The position numbers were made by a program, and so were the translations under genes. The notes below the pieces were generated by a model. That model was not told the origin of the DNA. It worked only from the letters and a program-made list of their open reading frames with translations, and ran no database searches. Positions 22,468 to 35,969 of a stretch of 64,000 nucleotides of DNA are shown here, piece by piece. Source of the stretch: Octopus sinensis. Lineage: Eukaryota. How positions within the stretch are numbered: position 1 is the stretch's first letter; every line of letters begins with the position of its first letter. The stretch is from positions 18,290,001-18,354,000 of the forward strand of contig NC_043001.1 in NCBI RefSeq assembly GCF_006345805.1. The letters run 5' to 3'.

Positions 22468-25067
22468 CTGAAATAGGATGTAAAATAGATAAAATCACGA
22501 AAATGTATTAAACACAAACAATAAATAAACAACGGAAGGCATGATGAGTGTTTGCTAGTAAGGAGGAAAGAAACTTTGGTAGTAAGGAGGAAAGAAACCT
22601 TTAGTAAAGAGGAAAGAAACTAAGTATAAGGCCAAAGAAAAATCAATAGATTTTTTCTATGGCTCTATAGAAAAGTGATTAGTAAGACAATGATGATGGT
22701 GTCACATAAAAAGCATCCAGTACACTCTGTGGAGTAGTTGGTACTAGGAAGGGTATCCAGTCATAGAATCCATGCCAAAACAACACTAATGGGGTCACCA
22801 AGTAATCTTCGCAGAGTGAATGTGCAGTATTGTAATTCGAGGCTTGGCCAACTCGAAATTACATTGTGGGCCACTTTAATCACAGATAGATTTTTGAGGG
22901 CTGCTTGTATATAGACAGAATTGAAAGCGTTTTGCTTTCTCCTGCTATTATTACAATAACGAATGAATGATTGTTAATTCAACATGAAATATTATCATTG
23001 CAAAAACACTAGTATCGTTCCTTTTACTTGTTTCAGTCATTTGACTGCGGCCATGCACCACCTTTAGTCGAGCAAATCGACCCAGGGCTTATTCTTTGTA
23101 AGCCTAGTACTTATTCTATCGGTCTTTTTTGTCGAACCGCTAAGTTACAGGGACGCAAACACACCACCATTGGTTGTCAAGCTATGTTGGGGGGGGGGGA
23201 CAAACACAGACACACAAACATATACACACACATACATATACAACGGGCTTCTTTCAGTTTCCATCTACCAAATCTACTAGCAAGGCTTTGGTCAGCCTGA
23301 GGCTATAGTAGAAGACACTTGTCCAAGGTGCCACGCAGTGGAAATGAACCTGGAACCATGTGGTTGGTAAGCAAGCTACTTACCACACAGCCACTCCTGT
23401 GCCTATCTTTCTTTTTCACTTTTCATTAGAATCTTTAATTTTTGATAAGATTTTTTAAATGTTTGTTTAAATAAACCCATTTCAAGAAATTATCAAGTGG
23501 GCCACAATATAAAAGTCTGTGGGTCTCAGGTTGGACAGCCCTAGTCTAGAGACTTGGTCTGAGTAGATTCTGCTAAAGACATTGAAAGACTAGGTAGTGG
23601 TGTTAAACAAGGTGACTGATTTTGATGATTAGTCCAGATTACTCCGCAAGGAGCATAGGCCGGTTTCCTGGTTTCTCTGGTATATATATTTCTCCTTGGC
23701 TGGGTCACCGGTCCATTGAGGGTTACTCAATTTTACCAGCTGAGAGGACTGGAGCAAACGTGAAATGAAGTGTTTTGCTCAAGAACACAATGCACCAGCC
23801 GGTCCAGGAGTTGAAACCACAACCTTATGATCCAACACCCAAACCCCTAAGCCATGTGACTCCATGGTAGCAGATAATAATTAAGTTTACCATAGGCACA
23901 GGAGTGGCTGTGTGGTAAGTAGCTTGCCACATGACCACATGGTTCCGGGTTCAGTCCCACTGCGTGGCACCTTGGGCAAGTGTCTTCTACAATAACCTCA
24001 GGCCGGCCAAAGCCCTGTGAGTGGATTTGGTAGACGGAAACTGAAAGAAGCCCATCATATATATGTAAATATATGTATATGTATGTGCGTGTATATGTTT
24101 GTGTGGCTGTGTCTGTCCCCACCAACATCACTTGACAACCAATGCTGGTGTGTTTACGTCCCTGTCATTTAGCGCTTTGGCAAGAGATGCCGATAGAATA
24201 AGTACTAGGCTTACTAAGAATAAGTCCTGGGGTCGATTTGCTTGACTAAAGGCAGTGCTCCAGCATGGCCGCAGTCAAATGACTGAAACAAATAAAAGGG
24301 TAAAGGAGTAATCCAAGAAGAACAGATACATGAGCTTCTGTGCAATTTCTGTCTACCCAATTTATTTCAGGAGTTTCAGGTTAAACTGAGACTCGGGTAG
24401 AAGCCTCACACACCATTGCTGAATCCAGACGAATGGAATTGCAAAGTAAACTTCTTAACCCTTTAGTATTCACCGAGGAACCACACTGGTTTAGATTTTG
24501 TTTGCACTAGATGGAACTGGATGTCCTCTACTGTATCTGAATGAGTGAAATTTGGTGGAAGGAAACTGTAAGAAGCTTGTTATATAATGCTTATGCCAGC
24601 GCCACCTAGACTGGCTTCCATGCCGGTGGCACGTAAAAAGCACCATCCGAACGTGGCCGATGTCAGCGCCGCCTTGACTGGCTTCCATGCCGGTGGCACG
24701 TAAAAAGCACCAATCCGATCGTGGTCGTTGCCAGCCTCGCCTGGCACCTGTGCCAGTGACACTTTAAAAGCACCCACTACACTCTCGGAGTGGTTGGTGT
24801 TAGGAAGGGCATCCAGCTGTAGAAACACTGCCAGTCAGACTGGAGCCTAGTGCAGCCTTCTGGCTTCCCAGATCCCCCGGTCGAACTGTCCAACCCATGC
24901 TAGCATGGAAAACGGACGTTAAATGATGATGTATATTCTTGTGTGTGTGTGCACACACACACTTATACAATACACACACACATTATATATGAGAGTTCTT
25001 CTACCTATTTTAGCAATCAATATTGTTTTCCTGAAGATATCAAGTGATGCTAAGAAAGAATTCTTAC

Positions 25068-25242
25068 CACAAATGGGGTCATTTTCAGATGCAGTTGTTG
25101 AGGGTTTCTTGTTCTGAAAGATTTTGTTGCGTTCCATTTCCATCTGCATCTGGTAGCGCCTTTCTTGTGCAGCCAATAAGATTCGCTTCTGCCGTTCTCT
25201 GCTCCTTGATATCCAAGTTGGCATGTAGTTCTGAAAGGCCTC
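25068..25242 (-). CDS. ALMS1: ALMS1-like, exon 12: EAFQNYMPTWISRSRERQKRILLAAQERR...
   Basis: ctcttcag|GAG ... TGTG|gtaaga, phase 0 to 1. This is the start of the ALMS motif (LQEAF..ISRS.ER.KR). Confidence 0.9.
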
Positions 25243-27133
25243 CTGAAGAGCAAAGCAAAGAAGAAGTAATGCCAACTCAAATGCCATCATGGTGGGTTCT
25301 TTTTTTGTTGTTTGTGTCAATAATCAAAAGCAGTCAAGTCATGACCATCCCAGTTGAGTTTTTTTTCCCCCAGATATCATCATCATCGTTTAGCGTCCGC
25401 TTTCCATTCTAGCATTGGTTGGACGATTTGACTGATGACTGGCGAACCAGATGGCTGCACCAGGCTCCAATCTGATCTGGTAGAGTTTCTACAGCTGGAT
25501 GCCCTTCCTAACGCCAACCACTCCAAGAGTGTAGTGGGTGCTTTTACCTGCCACTGGCACAAGGGCCATCAGGCGGTAATGGCAACAGCTACACTCAAAT
25601 GGTGTTTTTTATGTGCCACCTGCACAGGAGCCAGTCTGGCGGCACTGGCAATAACCTCACTTGAATGCTTTTTTTTTACGTGCCAGTAAGGCGACGCTGG
25701 TAAAGATCACGCTCAAATGGTGCTTTTTGCGTCCCACTGGCATGGAAGCCAGTTAGCTGTTCTGGCAATGATCACGCTCGGATGGTGCTCTTAGTGCTCC
25801 AGTAGCATTGATGCCAAGCTTATCCAGTGTGATTCTCCTACTTTTTATATGGAACAGTATGATATGATGATACATGAAAACGTTTGGCTGCTACAAAACA
25901 TCGATGAAGCACTGGAGAAGCTTCTGGCTGATGTAACACAACAGCCGAAATAGCAGTGTCTCAGAATCCCTTGCATCAATGAGCTGAGTTCGTTATGAGC
26001 ACCTCATGAAAAGGAGTCACATCAGTAACTAGTATATTTGTACTTGAATCTACCAGAAGTATTAAAAATAAGTATGCAAGTCACTTCAGATTTTGTTGTA
26101 CACAGTGCAAACAACAATTTTACATATATCAAATTTGATGACTGGCATCCGTGCTAGTGGAGCGCTAAGAGCACCATCCAAGAGTGATCGTTGCCAGAGC
26201 AGCTAACTGGCTTCTGTGTCGGTGGCACATAAGGGGCACCATTCGAGCGTGATCATTACCAGCGTTGCCTTACTGGCACGTGAAAAAGCATTTGACCGAG
26301 GTCGTTGCCAGTGCCGCTGGACTGGCTCCTGAGCAGGTGGCACATAAAAAACACCATTTGAGTGTGGCCATTGCCAGTACCGCCTGACTGGCCCTCATGC
26401 CGGTGGCATGTAAAGGCACCCACTACACTCTTGGAGTGGTTGGCGTTAGGAAGGGCATTCAGCTGTAGAAACTCTGCCAGATCAGACTGGAGCCTGGTGC
26501 AGCCATCTGGTTTGCCAGTCCTCAGTCAAATCATCCAACCCATGCTAGCATGGAAAGCAGATGTTAAACGATGACGATGAAGATTTCAGATTTTGCTGTA
26601 CAGTGCAAATAACAACTTTACATGTGGCACGTCCGTGCTGGTGGCACGTAAAAAGCACCAACCGATCGTGGCCATTACCAGCCTCACTTGGCACCTGTGC
26701 CAGTGGCACGTAAAAGCACCCACTGCACTCACGGAGTGGTTGGTGTTAGGAAGGGCATCCAGCTGTAGAAACACTGCCAGATCAGACTGGAGCCTGGTGC
26801 AGCCTCCTGGCTTCCCAGACCCCAGACCGTCCAACCCATGCCAGCATGGAAAGCAGACATTAAACAATGATGATGATATAGGTGTATAGGCATAGCTGTA
26901 GGGACAGGCATGGCTGTGTGGTTAGGAAGCTTGCTTCTCAACCACAAGGCCTCAGGTTCAGTTCCACTGCACGGCACCTTGGGCATTTGTCTTCTGCAAT
27001 AGCCTTGGGCGGACCAAATCCCTGTGAGTGGATTTGGTAGGCAGAAGTTCTGTTGTGAGTATGAAAATGCTTGGGTCACCTTTGTGTGTGTGTGTGTGTG
27101 TATGTGTGTGCACATGTGCGTTAATGTGGTGTA

Positions 27134-27164
<31 letters not shown>

Positions 27165-27397
27165 TGTGTGTGCGCGCGCACACATGTGCGTTAATGTGTT
27201 GGTTTTGGTTTCTCACTGCCTAATAACCGGTGTTGCTTTGTTAGCAGTCTGATGAAAAGAAACTGATAGAATGAGTACCAGATGAACATAAAAATACTGA
27301 GGTAGATCTGATTAACAAAACCTTACAGAGCAGTGCTCCAGCATGGCTACAGTTCAATGTTGGAAACAATTAAAAGAAAATATAAAAAAAATATCAC

Positions 27398-27636
27398 CTG
27401 TAATGTTATCCTTGGTCTGTTGCTCCGTGAGGAATATGAATGGCTGTCGAATGAGTTATTGAAGATAACAGGTATCTGCTCTTTATGTTTGCTCACTTTC
27501 CTCACACCTGCCGAATCACTCCTGACATGTCTCTGACCTCGTTTACTATTAGAAGTGCTCGATGCTCGACAATTATGGTCAGTCCTGCTTATATTTGTTT
27601 CGGAGAGGGAGACGAACCAGGTTTCACCTCTTTTCT
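27398..27636 (-). CDS. ALMS1: ALMS1-like, exon 11: KRGETWFVSL...RPRITLQ
   Basis: ttattgtag|AG ... CAG|gtgata, phase 1 to 0, open throughout. Joins exon 12 to give ITLQEAF. Confidence 0.88.
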
Positions 27637-27704
27637 CTACAATAAGAAAAAAGCATCATTTAGAAAAATTTAAATCACTTTTCCCAAGACACAATACTTT
27701 TTCA

Positions 27705-28121
27705 GGATCTTTTCGGTTTGAACGGCAGTTTTTAAAAATAATTTCCACGTAACTAAACACCTTTAAACTTCGTATACTGGTAGAATGTGTTTATAAAACA
27801 TCTTTTTCTCTTGGCTTTATTGAGAAAATTCTATAGTTTGTAAGATATTTGTTGTTTTTTCCCTTCATTTTTTGCAATTTCAACCAATCAATGATGTCTA
27901 TTGAGGTGAAAATATTCTGTGCCGTATGAATATGTCCCTCGTTTAAGAAACAGATTGGGTTTATTTACATTTATGAAGAAAAAAAGATACCGTTCCCCCC
28001 ACCCCTAACCCTAACCCTAAAACAGATTGAAATGCAATAGCTCGATACTAGGGTCATAATTATGGGTGACAATTTCATATGACACCGCTAGAAAAAACTG
28101 CCGTTCAAACTGAAAAGATCC
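27705..28121 (-). mobile_element. hAT-type MITE, complete, 417 bp
   Basis: TIRs GGATCTTTTCGGTTTGAACGGCAGTTTT and a perfect 8-bp TSD CTTTTTCA (27697-27704 and 28122-28129). Truncated copies lie at ~21540-21790 and ~36240-36637. Confidence 0.9.
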
Positions 28122-28129
28122 CTTTTTCA

Positions 28130-28400
28130 TTACATCTCTTTCTATTTGCATGCTGACCTGGATGTAGAGTAGTGCCCTCAGGCACGTCCTCCATAGGGTC
28201 CAATCAGAAGCAACCACCATTAGACTTTTTGGATTCCCAAGTGTAACCAACTGAGATTGATATTATCCATCTCATTCTTGCTCTCTCCTTAAGTCTTCTG
28301 CCAGTTGGCTTCGCTTGAAGAATCCATCTTGTGATTCTTTCCTGCAGCGTTCTAACTACATATCCAAAGTACCAGAGCAGTACTTTGGATGGTTTCACAA
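28130..28400 (-). mobile_element. RTE-like LINE remnant
   Basis: Translation LLWYFGYVVR..ILQAKPTGRRLKERARMRW. A similar remnant lies at ~61480-61680. Confidence 0.55.
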
Positions 28401-29794
28401 GAACGGCCCAGGCTCCATGTCTGTTTTGGCATGGCTTCTATGGCTGGATGCCCTTCCTGATACCAATCAACTCTACAGAGTGGAGAAGAAGTGGCTCAAC
28501 TCAGAGAGAATGCCAGATCTGCAAGCAACACATCTCTTATCAAGTATCGTTATTTCAGAGATCTTTGGAGGAATTTCTTTTTTATCTACCTAAATTCTGG
28601 ATGCTGCAGTCTTAGATACACATACAGATAGGATGGTGACAGCTATAATGGCTTTACTCATAGGTCTGCTCAAATACAGGTGACCTTGGGCTAGACAACA
28701 GCAGAAATTCAATGCTTTAAATGCACAACTTTTGAGAGTATTGATATCACTGATGTATTTACATTAATATCACAAAAGAAGTGTGGCTGTGTAGTTAAGA
28801 AGCTTGCTTCCCAACTATGAGGTCTTGAGTTCAGTCCCACTGTGTGACACCTTGGGAAAGTGTTTTCTACCATAGCTCTGGGTTGAACAAAGCCTTGTGT
28901 GTGGATTTGGTAGGAGAAACTAAAAGAAGCCTGCCATGTATAAGTGCGTGTGTGTGTGTATGTGTATACTATTGTCTATACGGGCAAGTGTCTTCTACTA
29001 TAGCCTCGGGCCGCCCAAAGCCTTGTGAGTGGATTTGGTAGATGAAAACTGAAAAGAAGCCTGTCGTATATATGTTTATATACGTGTGTGTGTATGTGTA
29101 CATGTTTGTGTGTCTGGATTTGTCGCCCCAAGATCGCTTGACAACTGATGCTGGTGTTTCCGTGCCCGTAACTTAGTGGTTCGGCAAAAGAGACCGATAG
29201 AATAAGTACATCATCATCATTTAGCGTCCGCTTTCCATGCTAGCAGCGGTTGGACGATTTGACTGAGGTCTGGCGAACCAGATGGCTGCACCAGGCTCCA
29301 ATCTGATCTGGCAGAGTTTCTACAGCTGGGTGCCCTTCCTAACGCCAACCACTCTGAGAGTGTAGTGGGTGCTTTTAAAGTGCCACCGGCACAAGGGTCT
29401 GGCAGTACTGGCAACGGCCACGCTCGAAAAATGGTGTTTTTTACATGCCACCTGCACAGGAGTCAGTCCAGCAGTACTGGCAATAACCTCGCTCGAATGT
29501 TTTGTTCACGTGCCAGTGAGGCAACGCTGACAATGATCATGCTCAAAAGGTGCTCTTTACGTGCCAGACAGCTGCTCTGGCAGTGATCCCACTCAGATGG
29601 AGCTGTTAGCGCTCCTCTGGCATGGGTGCCAGTCATTGAATTTGGTCCAATTTCGATTTCACTTGCCCCATCAGGTCTTTGCAAGCAGAGTTTAGTGTCC
29701 AGTGAAGGGAGATTGGCATGGGTGCCAGTCGACGAATTTGGTTCGATTTCGAATTCAATTTCGATTAAACTTCTATCTTACAATTAACTAAATC

Positions 29795-30185
29795 AAAGAA
29801 GCTTGAGAGGCGGTTGGATGGAACCTACACTCACCTCCTTATGAGAGCTCAAAAATCTCTCGTGGAAGCGCCATCCAACCAAAATGCAAATATATGGGAA
29901 ACTACCACCTGTGTCATCTCTTGTGAAAGGTAGGAGAGTCCAGTTTGCTGGACATTGTTGTAGAGCTGAAAAAGAGGTAATTTCTACTCTTCTCCTCTGG
30001 AAGCCATCTACTCGCAATACCAGAGGGCGCACACTCTCCTACCCTGATGTAATCTCCAGGGATACAGGCATCCAGCAACAGGACCTCTGTAATACCATGA
30101 TGGACCGTGAAGTCTGGCGTAGCATGGTAAATTCCATTGTCTCGACCACGGTCGAACAATGATGATGATGATGATGATGATGATG
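29795..30185 (+). mobile_element. RTE-clade LINE 3' fragment with (TGA)n tail
   Basis: Translation RRVQFAGHCCRAEKEVISTLLLWKP..RGR..MMDREVWR, then a long TGA repeat. Confidence 0.8.
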
Positions 30186-30831
30186 AAATCGGTATAGAAT
30201 AATGATTTCATATTTATTTATAATTAAGACCTAAGTAGTTAATATATGAATACGAAAGAGATAGTTGAATAACTATAAACCTACTTTTGGGCCACCCTGT
30301 ATATAGTAATTTCATTATAAGACAATGTGGTAAGGACCTTATGTGGCTGATAAATTTTTGATAGAAATACCTTTCTCTGCTAATTTCCTCTGCTGGTTGC
30401 TATAGTGATTGTCAGGTGGGTGGAGGGTTTTGTTCTTTGATTTCTGCTTCTTAGGAGTCCACATGAAAGGCACGGGTATAACTTTGAGATCTTCAGCAGG
30501 ACAGGATTTAGGAATTATTTGGATTTCAACTGGTGCTGAGAGAGGCACATGGAATAAACAAGAATCAAAAGTATATAATTATGAAAAAAAAAAGGAAACA
30601 AGATAATTATATACTGTACAATTTACAAATAATGAAAATGATACAAAATAACGAAGTACTTCAACTATTAATATTTAACAAATTTCAATGAACTTTAAAT
30701 TAAATAAATAAGGTAAAATAAGGTAAATAAAGTAAATGCGTGGCATCTTGGGCAAGTGTCTTCTACTATAACCTTGGACCGACCAAAGCCTTGTGAGTGG
30801 ATTTGGTAGACGGAAACTGAAAGAAGCCTGT

Positions 30832-30887
<56 letters not shown>

Positions 30888-32040
30888 CACACATATATTT
30901 ATATATATATGTATGTGTGTGTATATGTTTGTGTGCCTGTGTTTGTCTCCCCAACATCGGTTGTCAAACGATGTTACAGAACTTAGCAGTTCGGCAAAAG
31001 AGACTGATAGAATAAGTACTAGGCTTACAAGGAATAAGTCCTGGGGTTGACTTGCTGGTGCTCCAGCATGGCCAGTCAAAATGACTGAAACAAGTAAAAG
31101 AATATAAGAAAAAGAGGTAATGAACTTCCAAAATTGTTAGTGTGTCAGACAAAATGCTTTTGGTCCTTTGTGTTCTAAGTTCAAATCCCACAGAGGTTGA
31201 TTCTGCCTTTCGTATTTCAAGGATGATAAAAAGACGTAAAAAGCACCCACTAAACTCTCGGATTGGTTGGCATTAGGAAGGGAATCCAGCTGTAGAAACA
31301 CTGCCAGATCAGATTGGAGCCTGGTGTGGCCTCCTGGCATGCCAGTCCCCAGTCAAACCATCCAGCCCAGGCCAGCATGGAAAATGGATGTTAAATGATG
31401 ATGATGATGATGATGATTTTGAGATGCTCTGTGTTTCTTTCAATTAATTTTTAATATAACAAAGAATTTAGTAAATTAACTTAGTTATCATTAATCTAGT
31501 GTTGAAGCATAAACCATGCCTAAGGTTTGGTGGAACTTTTGAAAACAAGACATTTGTACTACCGAGCCAGAGGCAGTTTCAGCCAGGTTGGTATCAAAAG
31601 GGTTAAAATTAAATAAACAATAAAAATGAATTTACTTTTTAATAGATTAACAGGCATAGGGATGGCTGTGTGGTAAGTAGCTTACTTACCAACCGCATAG
31701 TTCCGGGTTCAGTCCCACTGTGTGGCACCTTGGGCAAGTGTCTTCTACTATAGCCTCGATTCAACCAAAGCCTTGTGAGTGGATTTGGTAGATGGAAACT
31801 GAAAGAAGCCCATCGTATATATGTATGTGTATGTGTATGTGTATATGTTTGTTCCCCCAACATTGCTTGACAACCGACGCTGGTGTGTTTACGTCCCTGT
31901 AACTTAGCGGTTCGGCAAAAGACACCGAAAGAATAAATACTAGGCTTACATAGAATAAGTCCTGGGGTCGATTTGCTCGACTAAAGGCGGTGCTCCAGCA
32001 TGGCCGCAGTCAAATGACTGATACAAGTAAAAGAGAGTAA

Positions 32041-32260
32041 CCCTTTAGCATTTAGATTACTCTGTCAAATGTGATGCTTATTTATTCACATTGTTTTGAA
32101 TTAATTATGCATTATCTCATAGCTTCGAGATTTTGATGATGTGGTTGTTTATTTTTAGAATGACATTGTAGGGTAAGTGTGAGAGGCCAGACCTGGCTGA
32201 ACTGAACATACAACAGATAAAACATTTGGGCTGCATTTGGCTAGTTTAAATAGTAAAGGG
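32041..32260. mobile_element. piggyBac-like MITE
   Basis: Ends CCCTTTAGC...GTAAAGGG followed by TTAA. The left TTAA is obscured by an adjacent SINE tail. Confidence 0.55.
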
Positions 32261-32465
32261 TTAAGTAAATATTGGATTCAAATTTTGGCACAAGGCCAGC
32301 AATATTAGGGAAGTGGTAAGTGAATGTAAGCACCCCCAGTGATAAACTGGTACTTATTTTAATGACACCTGAAGGTTGAAAGGTAAAATCAACTTCAACA
32401 GAATTTGAAATCAGAACATAAAGAGCTGGAAAAAATACCTCTAAGCATGTTGCCTGGTGTGCTAA

Positions 32466-33070
32466 CATTTCTTATTTCTTTATTGCCCACAAGGGGCTAA
32501 ACATAGAGGGGACAAACAAGGACAGGCAAAGGGATAAAGTCGATTACATCGACCCCAGTGCGTAACTGGTATTTAATTTATCGACCCTGAAAGGATGAAA
32601 GGCAAAGTCGACCTCGGCGGAATTTGAACCCAGAATGTAACGGCAGACGAAATACCTTTTTCTTTACTACCCACAAGGGGCTAAACACAGAGAAGACAAA
32701 CAAGGAAAGACAAATGGATTGAGTCGATTATATTGATCCCAGTGCAAAACTGGTACTTATTTAATCGACTCTGAAAGGATGAAAGGCAAAGTCGACCTCG
32801 GCGGAATTTGAACTCAGAACGTAGCAGCAGACGAAATACCAATTTCTTTACTATCCACAAGAGGCTAAACACAGAGAAGACAAACAAGGAAAGACAAATG
32901 GATTAAGTCGATTATATCAACCTCAGTGCATAACTGGTACTTATTTAATCGACTCTGAAAGGATGAAAGGCAAAGTCGACCTCGGCAGAATTTGAACTCA
33001 GAACCTAACGGCAGACGAAATACCGCTGAGCATTTCGCCCGGCGTGTTAACGTTTCTGCCAGCTTGCTGC
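32466..33070 (-). mobile_element. Family-B SINE trimer (one head + three 3' modules)
   Basis: Modules repeat every ~184 bp with fixed junctions at 32646-32665 and 32830-32849. Confidence 0.8.
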
Positions 33071-33136
33071 CCTGAAAATAGACATTAGAGGATGATGATG
33101 ATAAAATGAATACATAAAGAAAACAATAAAACTTAC

Positions 33137-34287
33137 TAGTGGGTTTGATACTTGTTTTGCTGTATGATAGAGTACACCCAGTAGTAGTTTGATGCTTAGT
33201 ATTAGTTTCAAGATTAGGAGATGTTTGCACAGCTACCGATACTTTGCTTGTGTCTGGTGGGCTAGCAGAATAATTGCGGTTAGCATCACAGATAGTGAGA
33301 GGTGATGGCACCATGGTTGTTGCATCTTGTTTTGGGATGACTTTTCTAACATGCTTTCTTTTCCCCGAAACCTCACTGAAAGCTGGTGCTTCCACAAAGT
33401 GACCATCATCTCCTATCGGTTGTGCCTCAGTTGACTGACCTTTCGCATGATGCTTGCTCGGAAGGTTGTCAGCAGTTAGGGACGATGTCCCAAATTTTGA
33501 TTCAGTGCTCCTGGCAGTGTTCTTTGAATTGAGGTTAGTAGAAATTACTCGATATGGCCGTTTAGGGTGTTTGAGTCTTGAGCTGTGCCTAGGTTTTGAA
33601 CACAATCTTTCATTGCAGGCTCTGCATTTACCACAACATTGAGAATACACAGGGATCTTTTTGGATGAAGACTGCTCAGCTGATTCCATTGTTGAATTAG
33701 TCATGCATGTTGCAGTGGATGTTGTGGACAAACTATTCATTTCCGAAGCCAAAATGAGATCATTCATTTGTCGTGATACCAAAATGCTGGTTAATTTATG
33801 CAATTTCTCTTCACTGGCTTTGTCTCGTTTCTTCATAAGCTCACATTTCCGACGCTGCTTTTCAATCTTTGCCCTCAGTTTGGCAATCACTGGGTCAAAG
33901 GAACCACTGTAAGCAATACTGGCATTATCTCTTCCTTCAGGCCAATACGAACCAGACATCGTTTCAACATTTTCTGAAAGACTGTAAACTGAGTCGGCAC
34001 CACTTGTAACCGAACTCTGAGCAGAATCATCAACATCTTGGAGTTTCTGTTTCAACAGCGATTGCTTTTGTAGCTCTAGATTTTGTTCAGCTCTTTCAGC
34101 TTGCTGCTGTCTTTTTTCCTCCAACAAGTTGATTGAACGACGCACCAATGCCTGAGTCGGATTTTTCACAAGGTGCTGTATCTGTTCCAATCGACTGCTA
34201 TCAAGACTGTTCTCAGGAGAAGGTGGGGCTGCTTGCTGTTTAAATTTCTGCCACAACAAGTCAAGTTCCTGGGCTGATCGCGAAATT
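33137..34287 (-). CDS. ALMS1: ALMS1-like, exon 10 (1151 bp)
   Basis: gcttttag|A ... ACTA|gtaagt, phase 2 to 1. Lies within ORF 32865-34259 and encodes LDLLWQKF and coiled-coil-like segments. Confidence 0.88.
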
Positions 34288-35464
34288 CTAAAAGCAAATA
34301 GAAAGTTTAAAGTATCTATGAATAATGTAATCTATAAAATGAAGAAAGTGAACATTGATAAAAATGGGGCTGGAAGGGGATTAAAATTTACAGGAGCGGG
34401 TAACTTGAGGTGAGAAATTGATTGGGAGATGCCTTGGGGTGCTACAGTGGTTGCTTTGGTGTGAAAACGGGGATTTTATTGATTTTTGGGGACATTTGGG
34501 GGGTCTAGATTGGACACCTTTTGCCTGATTTCAATCAAATTTTCAACATGGTAAAGTGGAAGTGGATTTGTAATATAAGCGCGGAAAATGGGTTCGAAAT
34601 TTTGAAAATTAAGGCAAGATTTTTGAAGTTGAAAAAAATTTCTCATTTTTACGTAATTTTGCCTTTTATTTTTTTTATTGTTTACAGTTTTCATTTTTTC
34701 TGAAAGGAATTTACAGCTGCATGTAGCCCATGTTTAGAGCTTCCATCTTTGAAAAATTCCCAAAATAAGTACTAAATTTAATAAAGAAATCCTTTTTTTT
34801 TCCTTATTTTTAATCGCTCAAATAGTGGCACGTACAAAAGGCAAGTGTGCTTTCCGTTGTCACTGCCTGATATTTATGATTGATCTTTCAAAATATTTTC
34901 TTTCTCAACTTACTCAAGATCTTTTGTTTTTTATAAATGGGAGAGAGATAGAGAGTAAGAGAAAGCGAGGGAGAGACCAAGAGAAAGGAAGAGTAAGAGA
35001 GTGGGAAAGTGAGAGAGAAAGGAGAGAGAAACAAAGAGGGAGAATGTGGCGATAAGAAACAGAAAGGAAGCAACAGAAAGTAACAACCACACCCTCACCC
35101 GCACGTAGAGCAGGTCACCTTAAGCTAGTGTTGTATAGGTTTTGATGAAATAATGAATACAGTGATGATACAAGAGGCAGATGTTGGAATCTAATCAACG
35201 ACATTTTGCTGACTGCCCAGTCTTCAACTGCTCCGGTTACTCTAGCAGAAACACAGATACCACTATTCTTGCTTAGCAATGCTAAATGCAGCCATGCATA
35301 CCCAACTGTAAAACTTGCACTTTGACAATTCATGCGAAACATCTAAATTTTCAAAAAGCCATCTAAGAAGGGGAAAAAAGAGGAAAGGCACATATCTTGG
35401 AAGCTAAAGACTACAAAACCTAAGGTAATAAGCATATATACTATATACATACCATGTCTACCAC

Positions 35465-35822
35465 TAAAGTGAGTGAGTGAGAGAGAGAGAGAGAGACAGA
35501 GAGTGAGTGTGAGAGAGAGTGAGTGAATGAGAGAGAGTGTGAGTGAGTGAATGAGAGAGAGAGAGTGAATGAGAGAGAGTGTGAGTGAGTGAATAAGAGA
35601 GAGACAGAGAGTGAGTGAATGAATGAGAGAGTGAGTGAGTGAATGAGAGAGAGTGAGTGAGAGTGAGTAAGTGAATGAAAGTGAGAGAGAGTGAGTGAGT
35701 GAATGAGAGAGAGTGAGTGAGTGAGAGTGAGTAAGTAAGTGAATGAAAGTGAGAGAGAGTGTGAGTGAGTGAATGAGAGAGAGTGAGTGAGAGTAAGTGA
35801 ATGAAAGTGAGAGAGAGTGAGT

Positions 35823-35862
<40 letters not shown>

Positions 35863-35870
35863 AGGGAGGG
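35465..35870. repeat. Compound (GA)n/(GAGT)n/(GAAT)n microsatellite
   Basis: Directly visible. It is CU-rich on the ALMS1 sense strand. Confidence 0.95.
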
Positions 35871-35907
35871 AGCAAGGTGAAGGGATATCCAAGTCAAAAT
35901 TACTCAC

Positions 35908-35969
35908 CTCTGGCCATAAGAATCCTGTCTTGAAAGTTGACTCTTGGTCGGTTCTGTTGGTTTGTAAGT
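35908..35969 (-). CDS. ALMS1: ALMS1-like, exon 9: TYKPTEPTKSQLSRQDSYGQ(R)
   Basis: tcatttcag|ACT ... AG|gtgagt, phase 0 to 2. Supplies the phase needed between exons 8 and 10. Confidence 0.82.

Noticed and set aside
24474-24536. Possible extra 63-nt phase 1-1 ALMS1 exon (DTVEDIQFHLVQTKSKPVWFL)
   Set aside because: It has plausible AG/GT sites and keeps the frame, but the model does not need it and the donor overlaps a TTAACCCTTTAG MITE-like terminus. It needs RNA-seq support.
25005-25067. Longer form of exon 12 using the donor at 25004
   Set aside because: It has the same phase but a weaker donor (gtagaa) than gtaaga at 25067.
32865-33136. C-terminal part of the 464-aa ORF
   Set aside because: It reads through a strong donor at 33136 into intron and a family-B SINE, so it is not coding.
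35115-35342. 75-aa minus-strand ORF as a possible ALMS1 exon
   Set aside because: Its composition is unlike neighbouring exons, and exons 9 and 10 already join in phase without it.
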